Assembly: GCA_963712585.1 (NCBI GenBank)
Contig: CAVQIH010000015.1
Span: 6,886 to 70,885 of the forward strand
Origin: an uncultured Chloroflexia bacterium
Lineage (GTDB): Bacteria > Chloroflexota > Limnocylindria > Limnocylindrales > CSP1-4
Reading direction: 5' to 3'
DNA length: 64,000 nt
In this document: in pieces, positions 38,553-47,171 of the stretch
Layout of the letters: each line of letters starts with the position of its first letter
Position numbering within the stretch: the stretch's first letter is position 1
Made by a program: the position numbers and the translations under genes
The notes under the pieces: generated by a model
What the model saw: the letters and a program-made list of their open reading frames with translations, nothing else
Told to the model about the DNA's origin: nothing
The model's database searches: none

Positions 38553-38688
38553 GCCGGCGTCCGCGAGGCGCACGACGAGCGGCCTCGTCGCCTACCTCGA
38601 AGGCGTGCTCGCTCGCGGACGGCAGCGACACGGCGATGCCCGGCCCGTCGCCGCTCACCCGCCCAGTGGAACATCCCCACGGGCGCAA

Positions 38689-39759
38689 CTATCGGAACTG
38701 CTCCAGGAAGCGCAGGTCGTTTTCCAAGTAGAGCCGCAGATCCCCGACGCCGTGGCGGAGGTTGGCGATCCGCTCGACACCCATGCCGAAGGCGAATCCC
38801 TGGAAGCGCTCGGGGTCGATGCCACCGTAGCGAAGTACGACCGGGTGGACCATGCCGGCCCCCAGGATCGTCATCCAGCCAGTGTGGCTGCAGGCGGGGC
38901 ACCGCTCACCGCCGCACACCAGGCACTCCACGTCGAAGGCGACCGAAGGCTCCGTGAACGGGTAGTAGCCGGGCCGGAACCGAGTCCGCTTGCCGAAGCC
39001 GAACATCGCCTGGGCGAACTGGTCGAGGAGGCCCTTCAGGTGGGCCAGGGTCGTCCCCTCGTCGACCATCAGCCCTTCCACCTGGAAGAACTCGAAGCCG
39101 TGACTGGCATCGACCGCCTCGTAGCGGAAGCAGCGCCCGGGCAGGAGGGCCCGGATCGGTGGCGTGGTCGCCCGCATGACGTGGATCTGGCCAGGCGAGG
39201 TGTGGGTCCGCAGCAGGTGGCCGTCGATGTCCACGTAGAGCGTGTCCCACAGGTCGCGCGCCGGGTGATCGAGCGGGATGTTCAGCATCTGGAAGTTGGT
39301 CACGTCGTCTTCGACCTCGGGACCCTCGTAGACGACGAAGCCGAACTGACCGAAGATCTCGGCGATCCGCGCGATAGTCTCGGGAATGGGGTGGAGAGCG
39401 CCACGTCCCACGGTGCGACCGGGAGCGGTGACGTCGAGGCGCTCGGCGGCCAGTCGGGCCAGGAGCGCCGCCCCGCGCAGCTCCGAGCGGCGGGCGCCGA
39501 GGGCGCTCTCGACCCGCTCCCGAACGGTGTTGGCGACGATGCCCACCTTCGGGCGATCCTCCGGCGGCAGGCCGCCGATCCCCCGCAGCACGACCGTCAA
39601 CTCGCCCTTCCGGCCAAGGTAGGTCACATCGACCTGATCGAGGGCGTCGGCGGTCGAGCAGGAGGCGATTGCGGCGAGCGCTTCGTCGCGCAGCCGCTCG
39701 AGCTGGCCCGTGAGCGTCGCGAGATCCACGTCGTTCTCTCCCTGAGGACCCAGAATCAC
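38689..39759 (-). CDS. pheS: phenylalanyl-tRNA synthetase alpha subunit
   Basis: Track ORF 38689..39759. It shows class II motifs (HPARDLWDTLY, RTHTSPGQI, FRYEAVDASH, GAGMVHP). Confidence 0.95.
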   Translation of the reverse strand: MILGPQGENDVDLATLTGQLERLRDEALAAIASCSTADALDQVDVTYLGRKGELTVVLRGIGGLPPEDRPKVGIVANTVRERVESALGARRSELRGAALLARLAAERLDVTAPGRTVGRGALHPIPETIARIAEIFGQFGFVVYEGPEVEDDVTNFQMLNIPLDHPARDLWDTLYVDIDGHLLRTHTSPGQIHVMRATTPPIRALLPGRCFRYEAVDASHGFEFFQVEGLMVDEGTTLAHLKGLLDQFAQAMFGFGKRTRFRPGYYPFTEPSVAFDVECLVCGGERCPACSHTGWMTILGAGMVHPVVLRYGGIDPERFQGFAFGMGVERIANLRHGVGDLRLYLENDLRFLEQFR

Positions 39760-39762
39760 GAA

Positions 39763-39788
39763 CCCTCGAGCGTCGGAGACGTCGAGGG
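39763..39788 (-). promoter_or_regulatory. 7-bp hairpin whose 3' arm contains the pheS Shine-Dalgarno sequence
   Basis: The minus strand reads CCCTCGA-cgtctccgacgc-TCGAGGG-TTC-GTG(pheS start). The GAGGG in the 3' arm is the only SD-like element upstream of the start. Confidence 0.3.
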
Positions 39789-39841
39789 CTCGGTGGTGAG
39801 GGCCGCCCGGTCGCGTCGACGCGCCGGTCGGTGCTCCGAGA

Positions 39842-40192
39842 TCAGGCGCCCCGCGCCACCTCGACGATGCGTCCGAATGTGCCGGCGTCGCGGACCGCCA
39901 GATCGGCCAGGATCTTGCGGTCGAGGACCACGCCGGCCCGCTTGAGCCCCGATATGAAGTTGCCGTACGTCAGGCCCCGCTCGCGCGCGGCGGCGTTGAT
40001 CCGGATGACCCAGAGTTGGCGCAGCTGTCGCTTGCGTTGCTTCCGATCGCGCGTCGCGTAGGCGAGGGCGTGAAGCTCCGCCTCGCGGGCGGGCTTGATG
40101 AGTCGCGATCGCGTCCCCCGGCGGCCCTCGGCTGCCTTGAGAAGGCGCTTGTGTCGCCGGTGGGCGGTGACGCCCCGCTTGACGCGTGCCAT
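39842..40192 (-). CDS. rplT: 50S ribosomal protein L20
   Basis: Track ORF 39842..40192, starting [26 protein letters not shown]. Confidence 0.97.
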   Translation of the reverse strand: MARVKRGVTAHRRHKRLLKAAEGRRGTRSRLIKPAREAELHALAYATRDRKQRKRQLRQLWVIRINAAARERGLTYGNFISGLKRAGVVLDRKILADLAVRDAGTFGRIVEVARGA

Positions 40193-40207
40193 CGGTCGTG
40201 CTCGCTC

Positions 40208-40405
40208 CTAGAGGTACGGGAGAAGACGCCGGACCTGGGCGCGGTGCTCCGGTCCGAGAATCGCCTTGCCGTCGTAGCGCCGCGTCCGGCGCGACGACTT
40301 CAGCTCCAGATGGTGGCCCCGCCAGGACTTCACGCGCGTCGGCTTGCCGCTTCCGGTGACGCCGATCCGCTTCTGGGCGGCCTTGTGGCTCTTCAGCTTC
40401 GGCAC
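40208..40405 (-). CDS. rpmI: 50S ribosomal protein L35
   Basis: Last 65 codons of track ORF 40208..40633: (V)PKLKSHKAAQKRIGVTGSGKPTRVKSWRGHHL. The start is a GTG preceded by GAGGCGGGA. Confidence 0.9.
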   Translation of the reverse strand: MPKLKSHKAAQKRIGVTGSGKPTRVKSWRGHHLELKSSRRTRRYDGKAILGPEHRAQVRRLLPYL

Positions 40406-40412
40406 TCCCGCC

Positions 40413-41075
40413 TCACTCTCCGCTCGCTGCCGGGACGACGACCGGCTTCTCCACCGCCGGCGCGGGCGCTGCCGCAGGGGTCCGGGCGACCGTCGGCGGT
40501 TGACTCGCGTCTGCTTTCGCCGCGTCACCATCCCCGCCCCCCGCCGTGTCGCGCGGCTTGGGCTTATGGGTCGACGCGATCGTGATGTGCATCGATTTCC
40601 CCTCGAGGAGCGGCGCCCGCTCCACGAGACCATGGTCCTTGATCGCCTCCGAGAACTTGGTGAGTAGATCCCGCCCGAGGTGGGGGTGGGTCAGCTCGCG
40701 GCCTCGGAACTGGACGCTCACCTTGATCCGGTCCCCGTCCTCGAGGAACGAGATCGCGCGACGGACCTTCGTGTCGAAGTCGCCCTGACCGATCTTCGGC
40801 TTCAGGCGGATCTCCTTGAACGAGACGGACCGTTGCTTGCGCTTGGCCTCCTTCTCGCGCTTGGTCAGCTCGTACTTGTACTGACCGAAGTCGAGAAGTC
40901 GGACCACCGGCGGCGACGCCATGGGCGCCACTTCGACGAGATCGAGCCCTTTCTCCTGCGCGAGTCGCAGAGCCTCCGCCGTGGGCATCACCCCCAGCTG
41001 GCTCCCATCTTCGTCGACGACCCGGACCTGGGGGACACGGATCATCTGGTTTACGCGCAGGTCTCGGCTCAGGAT
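40413..41075 (-). CDS. infC: translation initiation factor IF-3 with a non-AUG start and an Ala/Pro-rich C-terminal tail
   Basis: 3' part of track ORF 40413..42479: [23 protein letters not shown]...[15 protein letters not shown]...FRGRELTHP. The conserved R-V-N lies upstream of the only ATG (41045), so I propose ATC 41075. The exact start is uncertain. Confidence 0.85.
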   Translation of the reverse strand: MLSRDLRVNQMIRVPQVRVVDEDGSQLGVMPTAEALRLAQEKGLDLVEVAPMASPPVVRLLDFGQYKYELTKREKEAKRKQRSVSFKEIRLKPKIGQGDFDTKVRRAISFLEDGDRIKVSVQFRGRELTHPHLGRDLLTKFSEAIKDHGLVERAPLLEGKSMHITIASTHKPKPRDTAGGGDGDAAKADASQPPTVARTPAAAPAPAVEKPVVVPAASGE

Positions 41076-41156
41076 CGGCCCCTTCGAGCGTGCTCCATTT
41101 GAACGATCCGGGCGCCCTCCCCGGGCACGATCGACCGGGGCGGATGCGCCCGCGGG

Positions 41157-41186
41157 AATATAGCACAGGGCTCGAACCGCGGGCAA
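41157..41186 (-). promoter_or_regulatory. candidate infC promoter (TTGCCC-N18-TGcTATATT) in the thrS-infC spacer
   Basis: The minus strand reads TTGCCCgcggttcgagccctgTGCTATATT. It lies about 80 nt upstream of the proposed infC start. Confidence 0.35.
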
Positions 41187-41202
41187 TCGAGCGGCGCTGG
41201 TC

Positions 41203-43075
41203 TCAGACTCCTCGCCGGCTCGTCTCGAGCGCCAGGCGATCGGCCAGTGCTTCCCAGGCCTCCGGCGGCTGTTGTGCCCCCGCCCGCGTCCTCGGGGCGG
41301 CCGTCCGTGCCTCCACCTCGCGATCGCCCAGGACCAGCATGTAGGGCACCTTCTGTTCCTGAGCCAGGCGGATCTTGTTCTGCATGCGGTTGTCGCTGGC
41401 GTCCACCTCCACGCGCAGGCTCCGCGCCCGCAGCACGTCTGCCAGCTCCTGGCGCGGCGTCGACGTGCCGGTCGGCGATGGGGACGACGACGGCCTGGAC
41501 CGGCGCGCACCAGAGGGGGAAGGCACCCGCGAAGTGCTCGACGAGGACCCCGATGAACCGCTCGAGCGAACCGTAGATGGCGCGATGGATGACGACCGGA
41601 CGCTGCTGGCGCCCTTCGTCGTCGATGTACCAGAGGTCGAACCGCTCGGGCAGCATCACCCGGTCGACCTGAATGGTCGCCGTCTGCCACTCGCGACCGA
41701 GCGCGTCCTCGATCTGGATGTCGATCTTGGGAGCGTAGAACGCCCCGTCCTTCGGCTTGACGCGGTACTGGAGCCCCGAGCGATCCAGCTCGCCACGCAT
41801 GATCGCCTCGGTCTCCTCCCACACGGCAGGGTCGCCGAGGGCCTTGTCCGGCCGCGTCCCGAACGTTAGGCGGGGCTCGAGCCCGAACCACGAGTACGAC
41901 TCGCGGATCTCGCCCATCAGGCCTTCGATCTCGGCGCCGATCTGGTCGGGTCGCAGGAAGATGTGGGCGTCGTCGGTCACGAAGTGGCGCACCCGAGTCA
42001 GGCCTGACAGCACGCCGGAGAGCTCGTTGCGGTGAAGGACGCCGTACTCGGACAGGCGCAGCGGCAGGTCGCGGTACGAACGCACCCGGCTGCGGTAGAT
42101 GAAGCTCGATTCCGGGCAGTTCATCGGCTTGAGGCTGAAGGTCTGTCCCTCGGCCTCGATGAGGAACATGTTGTCGCGGTAGTGCTCCCAGTGGCCGGAC
42201 CGCTCCCAGAGCTTCTGGTGGACGACCGGCGGCGTGTAGACCTCCTGGTAGCCGCGCTTGGCCTGGAGCTCGCGCATGGCGCCCTCGCAGCGTCTGATAG
42301 AGCAGCCAGCCCTTGGGGTGCCAGAACGCGGCACCGGGGCTGACGTCGTGGAAGCTGAACAGGTCGAGCTGAACGCCCAGCCGGCGGTGGTCCCGCTTCT
42401 TGGCCTCTTCGCGTCGCCACAGGAAGCGATCGAGCTCCTCCTTCGTCGGCCAGACCGTGCCGTAGACGCGCTGGAGCATCGGGCGCTACTCGTCGCCGCG
42501 CCAGTAGGCTCCCGCGATCGCCAGGAGCTTGAAGGGGCCGATGCGTCCGGTGCGACGCGACGTGCGGACCCTTGCAGAGGTCGACGAATGGTCCGTGCTC
42601 GTAGACCGACGTGGACGGCATCGGCACGCCATCGGCGACCGCCCTGGCCGCGAGGTCGTCGAGGATCTCGACCTTGTACGGCTGGCCCTGGGCGTCGAAG
42701 AGCGCCCTGCCCTCGGCGGGTTCGAGCTCACGACGGACGAACGGGTGGTCGGCGGCCACGCTGACCGCGCATCCGCTCCTCGATCGCCGCGAGGTCATCG
42801 GGCGTCAGCGGACGGGGCAGGTCGAAGTCGTAGTAGAAGCCGTCCGCGATCGCCGGGCCGATGCCGAGGCGAGCCCCGGGGAAGAGATCCAGGATCGCCT
42901 CGGCCATGACGTGTGCGGTCGAGTGCCGCATGGCGTCGAGGTCGTCGTGCGCGCCGGCGTCGAGCAGCTCGTCGGCCGAGCCGCGCTCGGGCGCGTCGAA
43001 GGCCGGCTCGTCGGCCGAGTCGGGCGCCTCGACTTCGGGTCTGCCCACCAGCGTTCGGTTCTCGCTCGGGCTCAT
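41203..43075 (-). pseudogene. thrS: threonyl-tRNA synthetase, broken by four frameshifts and one in-frame TAG as sequenced
   Basis: ThrRS text is spread over track ORFs 42728..43096, 42121..42798, 42486..42731, 40413..42479, 41069..42334 and 41203..41526. Recognisable pieces are [88 protein letters not shown] and [24 protein letters not shown]. The breaks lie near 42765-42770, 42551-42556, 42486-42488 (TAG), 42286-42290 and 41450-41456. Confidence 0.85.
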
Positions 43076-43310
43076 CGTTCGACCTCCAGAAAGCACGCGA
43101 CCTCTCGTCCATCGACAGGACGAGAGGTCATGCCTCCCGCGGTTCCACCCGCCTTCGCGCCCGGCCGTTGGCGGCCCGGCGCGCTCTCGCGGTCGCGCTA
43201 ACGGGCGACGCCCGGGCCGGTTCGCCGGTCACTCACGGGTGGTGCCGCCACAGCGATCTTGCCGTCGCGACTCGCAGCCATTGATCGCGACTCTCTGGGG
43301 CTCGGGGTGG
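43076..43310 (-). promoter_or_regulatory. T-box leader (tRNA-sensing riboswitch) upstream of thrS
   Basis: The minus strand has AGAGAG at the 5' side (43296-43291). The T-box core CGGGUGGAACCGCGGGAGG lies at 43150-43133. It is followed by a 12-bp hairpin, GACCUCUCGUCC-UGUCGAU-GGACGAGAGGUC (43129-43099), then GCGUGCUUUCU, the SD GGAGG and the ATG. GGCACCACCCG offers a Thr ACC-A specifier candidate. Confidence 0.75.
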
Positions 43311-43344
43311 TCGACTTGTCCCGCTCGACGTGTTGGCTATGGGA

Positions 43345-43421
43345 TGGTGGGCGGTAGAGGACTTGAACCTCTGACCTCATGCATGTCAAGCATGCGCTCT
43401 AACCAACTGAGCTAACCGCCC
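43345..43421 (-). tRNA. tRNA-Val (anticodon GAC), with encoded CCA
   Basis: Hand-folded cloverleaf: GGGCGGT-TA-GCTC-AGTTGGTTA-GAGC-G-CATGC-TTGACAT-GCATG-AGGTC-AGAGG-TTCAAGT-CCTCT-ACCGCCC-A-CCA. Confidence 0.93.
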
Positions 43422-43579
43422 CCGGGGCACCCCAGGCGCTCCCGTCCGGGGCTTCGGCATTCTACCGCGTCGTTGGCACGTTCAAGCGTTCCCGTCCGCG
43501 CGCGGCCCGAGTACGATGGCCTGCACCGCGTCCCAGGAGGTGAGCCACGCAAGTCCGGCGTTCGCGAAGGCCCGAGACC

Positions 43580-44320
43580 GTGGCCATCATCGGCGGTCTG
43601 GTCCTGGTGGTCATCGGGGGCTGGCTCCTGCTGGCCAACTACGGTGTCCTGCGGCCCATCGATTGGCCGCTGGCCGGCGCCATCGCCCTCCTCGTCATCG
43701 GCGGCGCCCTCGTCGTCGACGCATTGCTGAGAGGCCGCGGCGGCGAGGCGACCGTTGTCTCTCTGCAACGCGAAGGCGCGACCGCGCTCGACGCCGCCAT
43801 CAAGTTCGGTGGCGGCACCCTGCGTCTGACGGCCGGCTCAGTCGACCTGCTGGACGTCCGCTCGGGTCGCGACGACGTTCGCGCCGAGCGGGACCGCCAC
43901 GAAGGGGTGACAAGGATCGACCTCCGCATGGACGACCCTTCGGCGATCCTGCTGCGCGGGCCGACCGACTGGCTGGTGACCATCGCCCCGGACATCCTCC
44001 TCCGACTCGACGTCGAGGGGGGTGCCAGTCGGGTCGTCCTCGACCTGTCGGGCCTGAGGGTGGCCCGGGCACGCGTGAACGCGGGAGCCGCGGCCATCCA
44101 GCTGGTGCTCCCCCGCCCCACGGCCGACGTCCCGATCCGTCTTGAGGGCGGTGCCTCGAGCATCGACATCGTGGCGCCGGCCGGGGTCGAGTACCGCGTC
44201 ACGACCAGCGGGGGCCTGGTGCGCGTCGATGGCCTGACCGAGTCGCCCGGGTACGCTGCCACGCGCGAGCGGGTGACGGTCGAGTTCACGGGCGGAGCCG
44301 CCGGCCTCACGATACGCTGA
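43580..44320 (+). CDS. membrane protein with two N-terminal TM helices and a beta-rich C-terminal domain (LiaF/DUF4097-like, tentative)
   Basis: Track ORF 43580..44320. It starts with AIIGGLVLVVIGGWLLLANYG...LAGAIALLVIGGALVV, followed by repetitive strand-like segments (LRLDVEGGASRVVLDLSG, IRLEGGASSIDIVAP). Confidence 0.55.
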   Translation: MAIIGGLVLVVIGGWLLLANYGVLRPIDWPLAGAIALLVIGGALVVDALLRGRGGEATVVSLQREGATALDAAIKFGGGTLRLTAGSVDLLDVRSGRDDVRAERDRHEGVTRIDLRMDDPSAILLRGPTDWLVTIAPDILLRLDVEGGASRVVLDLSGLRVARARVNAGAAAIQLVLPRPTADVPIRLEGGASSIDIVAPAGVEYRVTTSGGLVRVDGLTESPGYAATRERVTVEFTGGAAGLTIR

Positions 44321-44407
44321 GGAGGTCGCCACTCGGCCGGCGCCGCACGGCCGCCATGAGGCTTGGTGGCGGCCTCGTGCGCTCGTGGTCGCGGGAAGGG
44401 AGACCAG

Positions 44408-45820
44408 ATGGACCGTTTCGACTTCGTCGTCATCGGCGCAGGGGCGGCCGGGGAGGCCGCCACGTTCCTGGCCCGGGCCCGGGGCGCGAGCGTCGCGGTC
44501 GTCGAACGCGAGCTCTTCGGTGGCTCGTGCGCCCAATGGGCCTGCATGCCGTCGAAGACGCTCCTCCATGCGGCCGCCGTGCGTGCCTGCGGTGGCGACT
44601 ACGACTGGCAGCGTGCGTCCGCACGGCGGGATTGGATGATCAACCGAGTCGGCCTCGACGAGCCCGATGATTCGGGCGCCCAGGGCCGCCTGGAAGCGGC
44701 GGGGGCGGTCACGATCCGAGGTACCGCTCGGATCGCCGGCCCCGGCCGGGTCGACGTCGAGGGGCCCGCAGGCCGCCGAAGCGTGGCCGCGGGCGTCATC
44801 GTCGTCGCGGTGGGCTCGACCACGCGCGTGCCGCCCCTCGAGGGCCTGACCGAGATCCCATTCTGGACGAACCGTGAGGCTACCGCGGCTCGCGAGCTGC
44901 CTACGAGCCTGCTGATCCTGGGGGGTGGCCCGACGGGCGTCGAGCTGGCCCAGGTCTACGCACGCTACGGCGTGCCCACCACGATCGTCGAATTCAACCC
45001 GCGTTTGCTCGCCCGCGACCACCCCCGCAACTCGGACGCCGCCGCCAGAACGCTGCGTCGCGATGGCGTCGAGGTGCGGACGGGCGTCCGCGCGACCCGG
45101 GTCCGCCCGGCGGCCGGCAAGCGGGGTGCTCATCTGGTCGAACTCGCGGACGGAACCACGGCCGAAGGCCACGCGGTGCTCGTGGCGATCGGGCGGGCCT
45201 TCCCCTTCGAAGGGCTGGGCCTGGAAACCCTGGGGCTCGACCCCACGCAGCGAGGTGCCATCCCCACCGACGGCCGCCTCCGGGTCACCGACGACCTCTA
45301 TCTGATCGGCGATCCGGCCGGACCGGAGCTGCACACCCACGTCGGCCACTACCAGGGAGAGATGGCGGTCCGAATGGCCCTCCGCGAGGATGTAGTCCCC
45401 GACTATCGAGCGATCCCGCGGGCCGTCTACCTCGACCCGGAAGTGGCCTCGGTGGGGCTGACCGTCGAACAGGCCCGCGAGGCCGGCCTCGACGCCTTCG
45501 AGCTGGTCGCCGATCTGGCCACGACGCCCAAGGGCTACGTCGCCGAGGCCGAGGGGCACGCCACGATCGTCGTCGACCGCGGTGCCCAACTCCTCGTCGG
45601 GGCCGCCGTCGCCGGGCCGGGCGCGTCGGAGGTGATCCACGAGGCCACCCTGGCCGTCAGGGCGAGAGTCCCGCTGGCGGTCCTGGCCGACACCATCCAC
45701 GCCTTCCCGACCGCCGCGAGGGTCGTCGGCAACCTCTTCGTCGAGGCCTATCGCGCCCTCGAGCCGGGAGCCCAGGCGGTCAGCGGGCCTGCCGCATCCC
45801 CTCCAGGTTCCGCAGGATGA
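44408..45820 (+). CDS. FAD-dependent pyridine nucleotide-disulfide oxidoreductase (class I, dihydrolipoyl dehydrogenase/mercuric reductase-like)
   Basis: Track ORF 44363..45820, starting at MDRFDFVVIGAGAAGEAA (GGGAAGGGAG lies upstream). It has the redox CxxxxC GGSCAQWACMPSK, a second dinucleotide fold (LLILGGGPTGVELA) and the dimerisation end HAFPT. Confidence 0.8.
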   Translation: MDRFDFVVIGAGAAGEAATFLARARGASVAVVERELFGGSCAQWACMPSKTLLHAAAVRACGGDYDWQRASARRDWMINRVGLDEPDDSGAQGRLEAAGAVTIRGTARIAGPGRVDVEGPAGRRSVAAGVIVVAVGSTTRVPPLEGLTEIPFWTNREATAARELPTSLLILGGGPTGVELAQVYARYGVPTTIVEFNPRLLARDHPRNSDAAARTLRRDGVEVRTGVRATRVRPAAGKRGAHLVELADGTTAEGHAVLVAIGRAFPFEGLGLETLGLDPTQRGAIPTDGRLRVTDDLYLIGDPAGPELHTHVGHYQGEMAVRMALREDVVPDYRAIPRAVYLDPEVASVGLTVEQAREAGLDAFELVADLATTPKGYVAEAEGHATIVVDRGAQLLVGAAVAGPGASEVIHEATLAVRARVPLAVLADTIHAFPTAARVVGNLFVEAYRALEPGAQAVSGPAASPPGSAG

Positions 45821-46124
45821 CGGCCGCCCCGATGATGATCAAGAGGGCCGGACCCACCGGGACGTCGACACCCGCGTAGTCCGAAAGGCCCGACATGAGG
45901 GCCAGCGTCCCCAGGACGGTCGTCACCCAGCCGATGCGAAGGCCCACGATCAGGCGCACGCCGTTGAGACCGAGGAGGATCGCGCCGAGGCCAATGAGCC
46001 AGGCGCCCTGTGGCAGCCGCTCGTCCGGCACGAGCAGGAATCCGCCGATCATGATCAGGAAGAGCGCCCACGCGATCTGCGTCAGCCGCTGATCGCGCTC
46101 CCAATCGTGCGTCCGTCCGCCCAC
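45780..46124 (-). CDS. small integral membrane protein (hypothetical)
   Basis: Track ORF 45780..46124. It has three or four hydrophobic helices (IAWALFLIMIGGFLLV, AWLIGLGAILLGL, VTTVLGTLALMSGL, ALLIIIGAAVIL). Confidence 0.6.
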   Translation of the reverse strand: MGGRTHDWERDQRLTQIAWALFLIMIGGFLLVPDERLPQGAWLIGLGAILLGLNGVRLIVGLRIGWVTTVLGTLALMSGLSDYAGVDVPVGPALLIIIGAAVILRNLEGMRQAR

Positions 46125-46175
46125 CGCGGTCGACCTCCTAGTGCGCCCTCGGCCCCTCCATCGCGTCAGGATACG

Positions 46176-47171
46176 TCAGCCAGGAGGGTCGCCGAGCAGC
46201 ACGGCCAGGCGCTCGCGATCGAGCCCTGCGCCCAAACCCAGGGCCAGGGCGATGCGCGCCTTCGGCCCCCCAAGATAGCCCGCCAAGAGTGCACCCGCCC
46301 GAACCCAGCTCCCGCCTCCGCCCGGGAACGCGTAGGTCGCCCCCGCCCGCCCGGCCGGGCAGCGCGTGGTGAGGACCACGGGAATGCCCTCGGCCATCGC
46401 CCGGGCGCAGGCTTCGAGAAGCCCCGGATGGGTGTTGCCCGCACCGGTCGCCTCGACCACCACGCCGCGGGGGCCGAGGGAGCGACCGGCCTCGACCAGG
46501 CTCCCGTCGGTGCCGATGGCGGCGGTGACCAGCAGGATCGGCTCGGCGGCGACCGAGGCGCGAACCCGCCGGCGCCCACCGCGCCGGCGCGACAGGATGA
46601 CCCGCCCGGCGTCGACGCCGCCCAGGGGACCGAGATTGGGGCTGCTGAACGTCGTCACCGCGCTGGCGTGGGACTTCAGCACGTCATCGGCGGCGTGGAT
46701 CGAGCCGGCCATGACGACGACCACGCCTTCCCCGTGAAGTGCGGGCGCGGCGGCACAGCGCACCGCGTCGCGCAGGTTCGCCGGCCCGTCGTAGCCATCC
46801 TCGCTGGCGTTGCGCATCGCGCCACTGACCACGACCGGCTTCGAGGTCGCCAGGCAGAGGTCCCACAAGAAGCTGGTCTCCTCGATCGTATCGGTGCCCT
46901 GGACGACGACGACGCCGTCGACCGCAGGATCGGCAGCCAGCCCGTCGATGATGGCCGCCAGCTCGAGGAGCTGGGTGAATGAGAAGTGGCTGGCCGGCAC
47001 CAGCCCGTAGTCGACGGCGACCACGTCGGCGATCTCGGCGAGACCGGGCGTCCGAGCCAGGATCGCCCGGCCGTCGAGCACCGGACGCGCACCGCCAGCG
47101 GCCGCGTCGACCGTCATGCTGATGGTCCCCCCGGTGAACACGACCGCAACGCGACCCATGCTCGACCTCAA
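46176..47171 (-). CDS. ansA: L-asparaginase (type I-like)
   Basis: Track ORF 46176..47171. Motifs are VVFTGGTISM, VVVVQGTDTIEETS and VVSGAMR. Confidence 0.85.
   Translation of the reverse strand: MRSSMGRVAVVFTGGTISMTVDAAAGGARPVLDGRAILARTPGLAEIADVVAVDYGLVPASHFSFTQLLELAAIIDGLAADPAVDGVVVVQGTDTIEETSFLWDLCLATSKPVVVSGAMRNASEDGYDGPANLRDAVRCAAAPALHGEGVVVVMAGSIHAADDVLKSHASAVTTFSSPNLGPLGGVDAGRVILSRRRGGRRRVRASVAAEPILLVTAAIGTDGSLVEAGRSLGPRGVVVEATGAGNTHPGLLEACARAMAEGIPVVLTTRCPAGRAGATYAFPGGGGSWVRAGALLAGYLGGPKARIALALGLGAGLDRERLAVLLGDPPG

Noticed and set aside
40413-42479. The 688-aa track ORF read as a ThrRS-IF3 fusion.
   Set aside because: The ThrRS text is in frame only for the first approx. 65 aa. The middle is out-of-frame noise. 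Only the last approx. 220 aa are IF-3, which has its own start region and candidate promoter.
42486-42488. The in-frame TAG in thrS as programmed recoding (for example pyrrolysine or a suppressor).
   Set aside because: Nothing in the window supports it. The same gene also carries four frameshifts, so a simple lesion or a base-call error is far more likely.
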